From a virus (taxonomy: Duplodnaviria; Caudoviricetes), in the IMG/VR virus record IMGVR_UViG_3300036796_000058, positions 1-49,290 of that record: a stretch of DNA of 49,290 nt. One strand, given 5' to 3'. Shown piece by piece: positions 35,831 through 44,865 of this stretch (its first letter is position 1; the number at the start of each line of letters is the position of its first letter). The notes under the pieces are model-generated. The model saw nothing but the letters and a program-made list of their open reading frames with translations. It had not been told where the DNA came from and ran no database searches. The position numbers and the translations under genes are program-made.

Positions 35831-36644
35831 CTGGGTTTACTTCCCACGGATTATCAAACTCATGATCTGGTCCCAGGAACGTCTGAGCCAGTTTCACAAA
35901 CTTCGTACCAACCGTTTTTTCTGCAATACAGAACGTGTGGTACCGCCTGACCGCCTCCAGCATGGTCACATCAGAGATCCCTTCTTTCCGACGAACTTTC
36001 CAGTTCTTGAATGCCCCGGATTTAGAATTGCTTCCCGATCGCTTCGGGTATTCCCGCCAGAGAATTTCGAATTCAGCCGGATATTTTTTATCCTCTGATG
36101 GCGGTGTCTGATTCGGATGTTTTCCCGAATCGGATATATGTTTTTTATCTTTTAATTCTTTTTCTTCCTCTTCCTCTGGTAACGCTTTCTGATCCGCTGG
36201 TGTAACGATGGCAGCGTTACGTCCTTCGTTACCTTTTTCGTTACTCCTGCGTTGCTTTTCACGATTTTTATTCACACGGTCATTAGTAAGCGCCCGATTT
36301 TTAGAGCTTTTCCCGTTATGCTTCTCGAAGTTAACGAAGAAAAGTGATTCTCCCTCTTGAATAATCCATCCCGCATAAATAAGCGCATCCGCGAAGCCAG
36401 GCATAAAAGTAATACGGTCTATTGCGACTTTGCTGAGTACAGATGCGTTGCTTTTACGTTCCATTTGTTCCGTATCTGTAACGCTATTAGCGTTACTTAT
36501 TGCGATCTGCTGATCGGTCCATACCCATAAACGGATTAATTTTCCAAGCACCATATCGGGATCAATATTCAGTTTTTCAGAAATTAGATATATCTCTGGT
36601 TTATCCGGAGTAATTACTTCGACCTTGATCCAATTTGAAGCCAT
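35601..36644 (-). CDS. Replication initiator (O-like)
   Basis: MASNWIKV...TPDKPE N-terminus, FEILWREYPKR and AQTFLGP C-terminal domain; contains iteron-like repeats. Confidence 0.85.
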   Translation of the reverse strand: MASNWIKVEVITPDKPEIYLISEKLNIDPDMVLGKLIRLWVWTDQQIAISNANSVTDTEQMERKSNASVLSKVAIDRITFMPGFADALIYAGWIIQEGESLFFVNFEKHNGKSSKNRALTNDRVNKNREKQRRSNEKGNEGRNAAIVTPADQKALPEEEEEKELKDKKHISDSGKHPNQTPPSEDKKYPAEFEILWREYPKRSGSNSKSGAFKNWKVRRKEGISDVTMLEAVRRYHTFCIAEKTVGTKFVKLAQTFLGPDHEFDNPWEVNPGGGGYAQNIPGNGESIAERQLREGREQYLREQQQHGGYSGMAPVGPHDQNLQQPLDCEEWQSTIGNLGAADWGNDQ

Positions 36645-36678
36645 ATATGAAACCCACTTGTAACGCTGTATGCGTTAC
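36202..36678. repeat. Three GTAACG-N7-CGTTAC palindromic sites (36202, 36478, 36660) plus half-sites; probable origin/initiator sites
   Basis: Seen directly within and just upstream of the initiator gene. Confidence 0.7.
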
Positions 36679-36685
36679 TTCATCG

Positions 36686-37159
36686 TTACTGAAAACCAAA
36701 TGATGGCGTTACGTTAACCCTTGCCGCAGTTATTGCCGCCGCGCGGATTGCTGAAATAGCCTGATCAGCTTCACGTAGTATTTCCGTTGGCGCCGCCCCC
36801 AAATTTATTGCGTTGATGGCATCCACAAACTCTTTAGTGGCTATGGCAACTAAATATTCCGGGCTATGTGGGCGCAGTACCCGTGCGCGGCGTTCGGTTG
36901 GTAACGCGGCCAGAGCAGCAGGCTTTAGCCCTTCCGCCTGCGGCGCATATCTCGGCCCATCGAAACCACGGAAGATCCGCTTAACGCGCTGTGTAGCGTT
37001 GGTTAGTCCCTTTTCCGTGTCAGTAACTGGCAGAATTGCGCCACCGCCGGCAGCGTGGTACTGCAATGCAATAGCAAGCCCGACAGTTTTCCAGCCTTCC
37101 ACCAGCGCCCACGTTTCCAGCTCAGCCGCGACAACTTCAATCGGAGGACTGATTTTCAT
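36686..37159 (-). CDS. CII-position regulator (YdaT-like)
   Basis: Between cro and initiator; QRVKRIFR and ATKEFVDAINA segments. Confidence 0.65.
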   Translation of the reverse strand: MKISPPIEVVAAELETWALVEGWKTVGLAIALQYHAAGGGAILPVTDTEKGLTNATQRVKRIFRGFDGPRYAPQAEGLKPAALAALPTERRARVLRPHSPEYLVAIATKEFVDAINAINLGAAPTEILREADQAISAIRAAAITAARVNVTPSFGFQ

Positions 37160-37370
37160 TGTTCAGTTCTCCAGCGCGTTTTGCTTTAGCATGGCGTCTG
37201 TAAATTTCGGGGTCGTATTTCAAAACATTGTCAGAATCAAGCTGCAGTCGAGCTGCATTTTTCTCTGGCACTAATTCACCCCATTGAGAAACAGCTGAAG
37301 GATCGATTCCAGCAGCTCGGGCAACCTTTACCCTGGTTCCATAAAATTTGATTACATCTGATTTGAGCAT
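37137..37370 (-). CDS. Cro-like regulator (DicC-like)
   Basis: MLKSDVIKFYG...AVSQWGELVPE; divergent from the repressor. Confidence 0.85.
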   Translation of the reverse strand: MLKSDVIKFYGTRVKVARAAGIDPSAVSQWGELVPEKNAARLQLDSDNVLKYDPEIYRRHAKAKRAGELNNENQSSD

Positions 37371-37381
37371 TACCTTTCCCT

Positions 37382-37397
37382 CTTGAGTTTTCTCAAG
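37382..37397. promoter_or_regulatory. Repressor operator CTTGAG-TTTT-CTCAAG (OR); related sites at 37921-37934 and 37956-37969 (OL)
   Basis: TGAG-N4-CTCA palindrome repeated on both sides of the repressor gene. Confidence 0.7.
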
Positions 37398-37446
37398 TTT
37401 AAGCATGCAAGGAATCTCAGGTCAAGAAATATTAAGATAACTAAAT

Positions 37447-37854
37447 ATGGGTGAAATGACGTTAGGCCAAAGAATTCGGCAGAGACGCAAGCAAATGGGC
37501 TTAAGTCAAAGTGGCTTAAGTAAAGCAGCTGGTGTTTCTGACTCTTCAATTTCGCTGTGGGAAAGTGACAACACTGCCCCACGTGGCGCGAATTTGCATA
37601 AGCTCGCTTCAGCGCTGCAATGTTCCCCAACATGGATACTTTTCGGAGATGAAGATAAAACTCCGGAGGAACCCCAGGCAGTGGACGACATCCATCATTT
37701 GACCGAAGATGAACAGGAACTGCTTCGCTTGTATCGTGCTCTTCCAGAATCAGAACAGCTATCTCAAATAAACGGTATGAAGGCGCGTGTTGAGAATTTT
37801 AACCGTCTCTTTAGCGAACTTCTCGAAGCCAGAAAGCGCAACAATCTAGGATAA
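37447..37854 (+). CDS. Prophage repressor, DicA-like HTH without an S24 peptidase domain
   Basis: 135 aa; ISLWESDNTAPRGANL...CSPTWILFGDED...FNRLFSELLEARKR closely resembles DicA. Confidence 0.9.
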   Translation: MGEMTLGQRIRQRRKQMGLSQSGLSKAAGVSDSSISLWESDNTAPRGANLHKLASALQCSPTWILFGDEDKTPEEPQAVDDIHHLTEDEQELLRLYRALPESEQLSQINGMKARVENFNRLFSELLEARKRNNLG

Positions 37855-38056
37855 TCAAGCTTTCCATAAAAAAATAATCGCTTCACATTCAATGTGTTGC
37901 GAATATTCACGCCCATAATCATGAGTTTTCTCAATAAAACCCTTGACCGAAAACCATGAGAAATCTAAAGTTAGACCCATCAACAGCAATCACCGCACAG
38001 TGATTACTCAGGAAATGTTCCGTTAGCCGCGATAAGGCCACGATGGGAGAAATGAA

Positions 38057-38281
38057 ATGATTGAAGAACTGAAGCACACAGTTGCACTTCTGCTGGAAGA
38101 CGCGAGACGTCTGCAAGAACTCGAACCAAATGCAGGCACTCAAGCCCGCATTTTTATAGCAAAACAAGCCTTGTATCGCGCTGCTGTTACTCCACTACCA
38201 CCGCAGGAACTGAGTGGTGTCGAAATAGCAATAAGAGACGCATCGCGTAAAGCGGAAACTGAGATGAGAAGGAAGCTATGA
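38057..38281 (+). CDS. Early-left hypothetical protein
   Basis: First ORF after the OL region, GGAGA RBS. Confidence 0.6.
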   Translation: MIEELKHTVALLLEDARRLQELEPNAGTQARIFIAKQALYRAAVTPLPPQELSGVEIAIRDASRKAETEMRRKL

Positions 38282-38491
38282 TTTAAACATCACAGCCCCC
38301 TTAATTTCACTGAATAATTCAGGATCCATAGGGGAGTCATTCTCTAAATACTTGAGTGTAAGCTCAAGATGAAGATCAAATGCTTTTCGTTGCTCTGGAG
38401 TCAAAGCGGCAATCAGGCTACGTAGAATGATGTCGTGGGAATAATATTTAGCATCACTGCTATATGGCGGAAGGTAGAGATTTTCAAACAT
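38276..38491 (-). CDS. Small reverse-oriented moron in the early-left operon
   Basis: 71 aa, AAGGA RBS, AT-rich, sieB-like position beside kil. Confidence 0.55.
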   Translation of the reverse strand: MFENLYLPPYSSDAKYYSHDIILRSLIAALTPEQRKAFDLHLELTLKYLENDSPMDPELFSEIKGAVMFKS

Positions 38492-38580
38492 AATTTTTCC
38501 TTACTGGTTGTGTGAGAACTCCAGTATACCACCGCCGCCTGAGGTGGAAAAACAATCAGGCACTAATCGGAGGAGTAAAA

Positions 38581-38775
38581 ATGTATGGTACTCAGGAAGT
38601 TATCCGAGCCTGTGTTAAGCCGGGAATGCTGGTTAAGCACGAAGGCAAAACTTATAAGGCATCAGCGAATAAAAATGGGAAACTGTATTTATTCAATTTA
38701 ACAGAACAAAAACGCATCACCGACGTATTTATTGAGGTCTGCCTCAATTCACGCGGCGAACCTTTAATTAACTAA
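38581..38775 (+). CDS. KilR-like cell division (FtsZ) inhibitor
   Basis: YGTQEVIRACVKPGMLVKHEGKTYKASAN aligns by eye with Rac KilR; GGAGGAG RBS. Confidence 0.75.
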   Translation: MYGTQEVIRACVKPGMLVKHEGKTYKASANKNGKLYLFNLTEQKRITDVFIEVCLNSRGEPLIN

Positions 38776-38851
38776 GCAGCAAAACAGAAACAACTTTACG
38801 CATGCCTTAACTGGCAGGGCTTTTATCAAATAAAATTCAGGAAAAAACATT

Positions 38852-39151
38852 ATGCACCGTTCAGTTGAAATCAAACGCGCAGAAATTGAATTATTGAAAG
38901 TCAATGCAGACCTGGCCTCTTTTAAATGCAATTCGTCAGTGTTTGGAATTGTACATCTTCCTGATTCTGGTCCAGTAACAGTGCTGTTAGACGGTGGTTA
39001 CGTGCTGGGTGAGTTCGATTGCCCGGTATGCGCGGTAAAGGGAATCACTTATCTGTGCCTCGCTATAGATGATGCAGAAAAATTATCTGGCATGAACTAC
39101 AAAGCCTACAAGCAGGCTTTTAAATCTGGTTCGTTATCACGCATGCATTAA
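38852..39151 (+). CDS. Hypothetical phage protein
   Basis: 99 aa, AGGA RBS, CPVC motif. Confidence 0.6.
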   Translation: MHRSVEIKRAEIELLKVNADLASFKCNSSVFGIVHLPDSGPVTVLLDGGYVLGEFDCPVCAVKGITYLCLAIDDAEKLSGMNYKAYKQAFKSGSLSRMH

Positions 39152-39228
39152 CTATTCTGCCCCGGAAACGGGGCATGTATCAGCATGAGCATTAAAAAGT
39201 GCTCAGCCTGATAAATTGAGGTGAATTA

Positions 39229-39498
39229 ATGCAAGTCAATATTGAAATGCCATTTAAAAGCATGTCGCTGGATAACGGAGAGAAAATAAACCTTTCCGTC
39301 ACGCATTCTGCATTAAACGAAGTCATGCAAAACCTTGTGGCGACAAATGATTTAACCGTTGAAGAGTTAACAATTTTAATCATTGGTCAATTAAAACTTT
39401 GTGACTCTCCAAATCTAAATAACGTCTTACCAGATGCTGTCTGGAAGAAATTAATTTCAACTTACGAAATCGTTAAAAATGGAGCTAATCATGGCTGA
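39229..39498 (+). CDS. Hypothetical phage protein
   Basis: 89 aa, GAGGT RBS, overlaps the next start. Confidence 0.6.
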   Translation: MQVNIEMPFKSMSLDNGEKINLSVTHSALNEVMQNLVATNDLTVEELTILIIGQLKLCDSPNLNNVLPDAVWKKLISTYEIVKNGANHG

Positions 39499-41794
39499 AC
39501 AACATGTATTTATCGCGGGTTATATTCCCGATGCTAAATCCGAATCAGAAGAAGGCGCCCGCCGTGTCGCCACCGCCTTTTACGCGAAAGATATGAAACA
39601 TGCCCGCGCAAAAGCATCATTCCTGTTCATGGAGGAATACCCTGGTTCGCAGGACGCGGCATATAAGCACCTCGTATGTGAATATGCCGAAGGCATCCCA
39701 TGCCCGGAGCTGGGCGAATGGGATGAAGATTTCCTTTATTCCAATTCCTGGCCGGAAGATGCTGACCATCCGATCGCGAATGAAGCAGCTCAAGAATCTC
39801 ACGCTGTCGATTTCAACAAGCTTTCCGAAACTACACGAATCGCGGTGCTGGTGAAGTACCGCACCACCGAAATTACGTCCGACATGTTGCCAGCTGCCGT
39901 GGAACTGCTGCAGGACGATGTGGGCACGTTTGAAGGGCACATTGTTGAAGCTATCAGCAAAATGAAATCTATCGTTTCCATGTATCCAGAGCGCGTTATT
40001 GAAGCGATCGGATATGTCGTTGAAACCTGCCCACCAACAAAAAAATGGCCTGAGATTAAAGCAGCCCTGGCGAACTGGCTTAAACAGCACGAGCAGGATC
40101 GTAAAGAAGCTGGAACAGTCAGCGATGCACCTGCAGCATCTGAAAATATCAAAATGGGTAGCGGTGACCCTGAACGATTCGATCTTGTTGTTGCATTGCT
40201 GGTAATGGGCAAAGACCCGGCCACATCAGGTGCAACAGACGTCAAAAACGCGAAACACATCAAAGAAAGCCGCGACCCGGCATGGCGCGGGTGGCGTACC
40301 TCGCTCGTCGGTATTCCAGGGATTTACAGCTTCCCTGAAAAACTGCTCTACGAGTTAACCCTCGATGGCATGAAAGACCTCAGCCTAATTGAAAATAGTG
40401 AAGGCCGTCTGGCTTATGTACGCGAACACTTTGCCGGCCACCCTCTCCTTCCTGATTACATTGTCGATGAGACTGCAGAAGATGAAACCGAACAGAACGA
40501 GGCGGGTGCAACTGGCGCAATGGAACATGAATCGTCAGAAACTCATTCAGTGGAACCGCAGCACTCTGATGATGTGTCAGCAGCGGGGACGGTGGAAGCT
40601 GCGCCACATGTAGAACGTACCGGACCATTTTATTACCGCACAGTTGCAGGCGATAAAATTGGCCGCGCCAATAAAATAGCGAAGCTTCAGGAAGTGATTG
40701 CCCAGGGCTGCGTTGAAATCACGCAGGAAGAACATCAGGCGCGCAAAAACGGTACATGGAAAGATGATAGCTCTACGCAGGAGCAGGCAGCACAGCCAGA
40801 AATTAAAAACCTCGGCGGCGCTCGTTTCAGTATCGAGGGTCTGATGGGTGAACAACCGCAGACCGAAGCACAGATCACCTCAAATGAAGTCGAAAAAACG
40901 GAAGTAGCGGTTGCTCAACCTGCACAACCTGCTTTCCAGTCAATCGCCGCGGCACTGGAAACAGACCTCGCGGAGAAAGGCGACAACCTAAAAATCTGGC
41001 GCAGCGTTATGCGTACGGACCCCAACTATACGAAAGATTTATCTGGTGTCGGTTTTGACGGTACGAGTATTAACGCGGAGTACATGTTTATGCGTGCTAC
41101 GGAGATATTTGGACCCATCGGTACTGGCTGGGGCTTTGAGGTATTGGAAGATCGCATGCTCCCCGGAGCACCGATGAGTGAACCTATCTACGAAGATAAA
41201 AAATTTATCGGTAACCGTATGCTTCGGGATGCCGACGGCACGCTCATCACAGAGCAAAACCACAGCATTAAAATCGAGTTCTGGTACCTGGACGCCGGGA
41301 ACAAAAAGCGCTTCGAATCCTATGGTGCAACAAAGTACCTCTACAAATCGAAACATGGGGTCACGTGCGACGGTGAAGCGCAGAAAAAATCACTGACAGA
41401 CGCTATCAAAAAAGCACTCTCACTCCTGGGATTCTCTGCTGACGTGTGGCTCGGTCTGTACGACCAAGCCGAGTACAAGCAGGAAAACGCCACCGAATTC
41501 GCTATTAAAAATGCCTCCGACAAAGCCGGCGACACAATACGCCTGCGCAAAGAGCTTGATGAGCGGATCGAGAGAAACCTCGAAACCATTCGTTCAGCCG
41601 TTACCCCGAACGAAGCTAAAGGCGTGTACAGCACCATCACCCGCGAGGTGGATGTGTACCGCAAAGACGCTCAGGCCAAAGCCGATAGCGACTTTGACGA
41701 CTATTTGAAAAAGCGGCTGCTCGCCCTGCACAGAGCCGTCGATCAACGTGTCAGCGAACTTGAGAAAGAAACCAAACAGGAGCAATCAGCATGA
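39491..41794 (+). CDS. Large recombination protein: RecE-like N-terminal region fused to a Rad52/Sak-like annealase domain
   Basis: N-terminal PCPELGEWDEDF and IKNLGGARFSIEGL recall RecE; C-terminal TDPNYTK, RATEIFGPIGTGWG, KKSLTDAIKKALSLLGFSAD recall Rad52-like SSAPs. Confidence 0.65.
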   Translation: MAEQHVFIAGYIPDAKSESEEGARRVATAFYAKDMKHARAKASFLFMEEYPGSQDAAYKHLVCEYAEGIPCPELGEWDEDFLYSNSWPEDADHPIANEAAQESHAVDFNKLSETTRIAVLVKYRTTEITSDMLPAAVELLQDDVGTFEGHIVEAISKMKSIVSMYPERVIEAIGYVVETCPPTKKWPEIKAALANWLKQHEQDRKEAGTVSDAPAASENIKMGSGDPERFDLVVALLVMGKDPATSGATDVKNAKHIKESRDPAWRGWRTSLVGIPGIYSFPEKLLYELTLDGMKDLSLIENSEGRLAYVREHFAGHPLLPDYIVDETAEDETEQNEAGATGAMEHESSETHSVEPQHSDDVSAAGTVEAAPHVERTGPFYYRTVAGDKIGRANKIAKLQEVIAQGCVEITQEEHQARKNGTWKDDSSTQEQAAQPEIKNLGGARFSIEGLMGEQPQTEAQITSNEVEKTEVAVAQPAQPAFQSIAAALETDLAEKGDNLKIWRSVMRTDPNYTKDLSGVGFDGTSINAEYMFMRATEIFGPIGTGWGFEVLEDRMLPGAPMSEPIYEDKKFIGNRMLRDADGTLITEQNHSIKIEFWYLDAGNKKRFESYGATKYLYKSKHGVTCDGEAQKKSLTDAIKKALSLLGFSADVWLGLYDQAEYKQENATEFAIKNASDKAGDTIRLRKELDERIERNLETIRSAVTPNEAKGVYSTITREVDVYRKDAQAKADSDFDDYLKKRLLALHRAVDQRVSELEKETKQEQSA

Positions 41795-42294
41795 GCCAGA
41801 ACACTACCGCAATCGCCATCGCAGCAAACATGACAAAACTGATGGCTCTCGTTGAAGCTGGGGAATTTTCCCCAGAGGACATCGCCGACACCATCGAAGG
41901 TGAAGAGTTGGCGCTGGGAGACAAATTTGACGGGATTATGACGCTGGTCCGCAATCTGGAAGGCCAGGCCAAGACTGTTGCTGAAGAAGCTGCACGCCTC
42001 AGCGATCGCAAAAAGTCTTTTGAAGGCCAGGCCAAAAACCTCAAGAGCTACGTACTGAAATGCATGCAGGCGGCGGAGCTAAAGACGTTCAAAACAGAGC
42101 GAAACACTCTCACAGTTCGCAAGGGTTCCCTATCGGTAATTATCGACGATGAAAATCAACTACCTGATGAACTGGTGAGCGTTGTCACCGTCGTTGCTCC
42201 GGATAAGAAAAAAATCAAAGAGGCCATTGAGGCGGGCGAAGAAGTGAAAGGCGCGCACCTGGAAATCGGCGCGGAATCCCTGCAAGTCCGTTAA
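41791..42294 (+). CDS. Siphovirus Gp157-family protein
   Basis: IADTIEG, EAARLSDRKKS, PDKKKIKEAIEAGEEVKGAHL. Confidence 0.85.
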   Translation: MSQNTTAIAIAANMTKLMALVEAGEFSPEDIADTIEGEELALGDKFDGIMTLVRNLEGQAKTVAEEAARLSDRKKSFEGQAKNLKSYVLKCMQAAELKTFKTERNTLTVRKGSLSVIIDDENQLPDELVSVVTVVAPDKKKIKEAIEAGEEVKGAHLEIGAESLQVR

Positions 42295-42336
42295 GCAATA
42301 TGCGGCCAGAAATGGCCGCCCTGCTCTGAGGTTTCT

Positions 42337-42519
42337 ATGAGCGAAGAATACGAAAGCCTGAGGTTCGGGAAAAAGACCGAACCCGATGATTTGAAAGATC
42401 ACACACAAGAAATCATCTGGCAAATGCGCACAGGTTACAGGCGGCACTACGGGATTATTGAATTGCCGCCAGTACCCAAAAGACCTAAATCACCCAAATT
42501 TAAGGCAAAGAAAAAATGA
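42337..42519 (+). CDS. Hypothetical protein
   Basis: 60 aa with GAGG RBS. Confidence 0.55.
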   Translation: MSEEYESLRFGKKTEPDDLKDHTQEIIWQMRTGYRRHYGIIELPPVPKRPKSPKFKAKKK

Positions 42520-42830
42520 GCACATTATTAACTCGCTATACGGAATTTGTGGAACGTGCTAAGGCCAGCCGCACACCATTAGTGAAATTTTCATGTCCGG
42601 CATGTAGCCAGGGCATTGAGACAATCCCAGCGCCTAAAGGTGTTGTCTGGGACTCCCTGACTACTTGCCCGCACTGTGAAGCGATGTTTATGAAGGTAAT
42701 CAGCGGCATTTCAGTAGAAGCAACACTGCCTCTGGGGGGGGTTATGCGAAATAAACCCTTGTACCGCGCCGAACTGTCTGTGTACGACGGCGAATCCAAG
42801 CAGAAACGCGATGGTTCTGGAGAAAAGTAA
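42516..42830 (+). CDS. Zinc-ribbon hypothetical protein
   Basis: CPAC...CPHC. Confidence 0.6.
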   Translation: MSTLLTRYTEFVERAKASRTPLVKFSCPACSQGIETIPAPKGVVWDSLTTCPHCEAMFMKVISGISVEATLPLGGVMRNKPLYRAELSVYDGESKQKRDGSGEK

Positions 42831-43663
42831 TGGCTAATTCATTCAAACAGATGATTAAAGGGAAAGTTATTTCCCGTTCTGACAGCGGCATGTTTATCAG
42901 CCTCGATGACATTCACGTTAAACCTGGCTTTAACAAGCGAGACGATAGCGAACGCCTACGCAAAGCGAATGATGAGCTATTTGCGTATTTGATGAATGGT
43001 GGCCCAGTTCCCGCGCTGGAAGTCGTGGCGCGTGATGAAGGCGGCGTTTGGCTTATCGAAGGGCATCGCCGCCGCCAGGCGTACGAACGCTGCCGGCAGG
43101 AAGGCAAGCCCGTCGATCGCATCCAGATTATGCCGTTCGTCGGAAACGACGTTCAACGGCTTGCCAGAATCATGACGTCGAACAACCAGCTCGCACTGGA
43201 GCCGCTTGAACAAGCTGCCCTGATTCAGGAAATGGCAACCGTATTCAATCTAACCCCAGCAGAGATCGCAAAACTGGTTCACCTGTCAGTACCAAAAGTT
43301 AAAGAACTGCTGGCGCTCAGTACCGCTAACCACGATGTGCAGCAGAAAGTAAAAGCCGGTGAAGTGGCCGTAAACGTTGCTGTCGATCGCGTAAAAGAAC
43401 ACGGCGATAAAGCTGGGGAAGTTCTTGAAAAGGATAAAGCTGTCGCGGCAGCGGCAGGGAAAAAGAAAGTGACTCGCAGCGTACTAAATCCGGAATTATC
43501 CATCAAAAAAGCGCGTCGGCTTGTTGCATTACTCAGCGCGGCTTTGGGAAGCGATAACGAGCTTGAGTTTGAACCGGAAGATTGGGAGGAGCTGCTAAGA
43601 ATTATCAATGAACACAGAGTATTAAGCGCTACAGAAACTAAGGAGTCTGAGCATGCCAAGTAA
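42830..43663 (+). CDS. ParB-like DNA-binding protein
   Basis: PGFNKR, LIEGHRRR, SNNQLALEPLE followed by an HTH. Confidence 0.8.
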   Translation: MANSFKQMIKGKVISRSDSGMFISLDDIHVKPGFNKRDDSERLRKANDELFAYLMNGGPVPALEVVARDEGGVWLIEGHRRRQAYERCRQEGKPVDRIQIMPFVGNDVQRLARIMTSNNQLALEPLEQAALIQEMATVFNLTPAEIAKLVHLSVPKVKELLALSTANHDVQQKVKAGEVAVNVAVDRVKEHGDKAGEVLEKDKAVAAAAGKKKVTRSVLNPELSIKKARRLVALLSAALGSDNELEFEPEDWEELLRIINEHRVLSATETKESEHAK

Positions 43664-43865
43664 AAAACCACCAATGACCCACACTGGCGTGGTTATTACT
43701 AAAGATGGGCGTAAGCGCGTGCAACTGCGTATGACGCCTACAACCTGGTGTACAGAAAAGGGCCGCTGGTATTTCCGGACTGACGGCCGCCGCGGTGGGC
43801 ATGCAGCATCCAGAGCTCGCCTGCTGCTGGACACTATCAAACCTCTGGAGGTCGGTAATGACTAA
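43653..43865 (+). CDS. Hypothetical phage protein
   Basis: THTGVVITKDG...RLLLDTIKP; AAGGAG RBS. Confidence 0.65.
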   Translation: MPSKKPPMTHTGVVITKDGRKRVQLRMTPTTWCTEKGRWYFRTDGRRGGHAASRARLLLDTIKPLEVGND

Positions 43866-44865
43866 CTCACTCGAAGCGCTGATTGCCAGCATTAAGCCGG
43901 AGCTGAAAATTGCTCTCGATAAAACCCAAAAGCAATCTGACGCACTGTTAGCGATAGATAGACTTTCTGACTTGCTCACGCTTCCAGCAGTAGATTCACT
44001 GATAGCGGCGCTGGAGCAGGCGCAGACAGAGCGCGACAACTTCAAGTTTGCTTTCACGGAATGGCACGATAAAACCGAATGGGTGCAGGAACAAGTCACT
44101 TCTGGACGCTTCAACTTCCCGGCCGTGGGCATGCATCGTGCTGACGTTATGACGCGCCATATCGAAGAACAGGAAGCGGAGCTGGAGCGGGCTAAGAAAG
44201 AAATAGCCAAACTTATAGACGAGCGGACGATTGCCCGCGAAGCAGTCAGGCGCATCGCAGAGCTGGAAGTGGCATGCGACCGCAGCTACATCGCCGGCAT
44301 GAAAACAGGCTGGAACTACTGCGATGCAGGTAATAGCGACGGGTTTAATACGTGCGTAGAGCAGCGCCGCAAGCTCACGCGTGAGGCGAATCCAACGGAG
44401 GCCCGCCAGTTATCCGCCAAAAGTAACTTTTATCGTGATGGTATCGAAGCTGCGGCTAGGTTTATCGACAATCAGCGCGAGTCTCACGATAACGAACACG
44501 GACGGCACGACCCCGACACGGGCACGTTCGAGTTTGGGAGTGATGCACAGCGGGATTATTCAACAACGTTAGCGGAGTTAGCCGAGGGAATACGCGCATT
44601 GCATCCAAATGCCGGGGCAAGCCAGTTATCCGCGAAGCTGTCTTATGCACTCCGCTCGTTTATCACCGATGCTGACATTAAAGCACTGGATCGCTTTGCC
44701 GAATGTTGTGATGACCCGGACGCCGGAGGCCATGACTTGCAGCCTGACCAGGTACAGCGACTCGTTAGTATCGGCATATTGCGCAAGTCCGGGCGTAACT
44801 ATCACGAAACGACTGATTTCGGTGATTTCGTATTGTCGCTTGGCGGCCAGGCTGAAGGAGAGTGA
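43858..44865 (+). CDS. Ead/Ea22-like mosaic protein
   Basis: LIAALEQAQ, EWHDKTEWVQ, RRIAELE modules. Confidence 0.7.
   Translation: MTNSLEALIASIKPELKIALDKTQKQSDALLAIDRLSDLLTLPAVDSLIAALEQAQTERDNFKFAFTEWHDKTEWVQEQVTSGRFNFPAVGMHRADVMTRHIEEQEAELERAKKEIAKLIDERTIAREAVRRIAELEVACDRSYIAGMKTGWNYCDAGNSDGFNTCVEQRRKLTREANPTEARQLSAKSNFYRDGIEAAARFIDNQRESHDNEHGRHDPDTGTFEFGSDAQRDYSTTLAELAEGIRALHPNAGASQLSAKLSYALRSFITDADIKALDRFAECCDDPDAGGHDLQPDQVQRLVSIGILRKSGRNYHETTDFGDFVLSLGGQAEGE

Noticed and set aside
37980-38850. DicF-like sRNA or nut site in the early-left leader
   Set aside because: Small hairpins are present but I could not match a known sequence with confidence; needs an Rfam search
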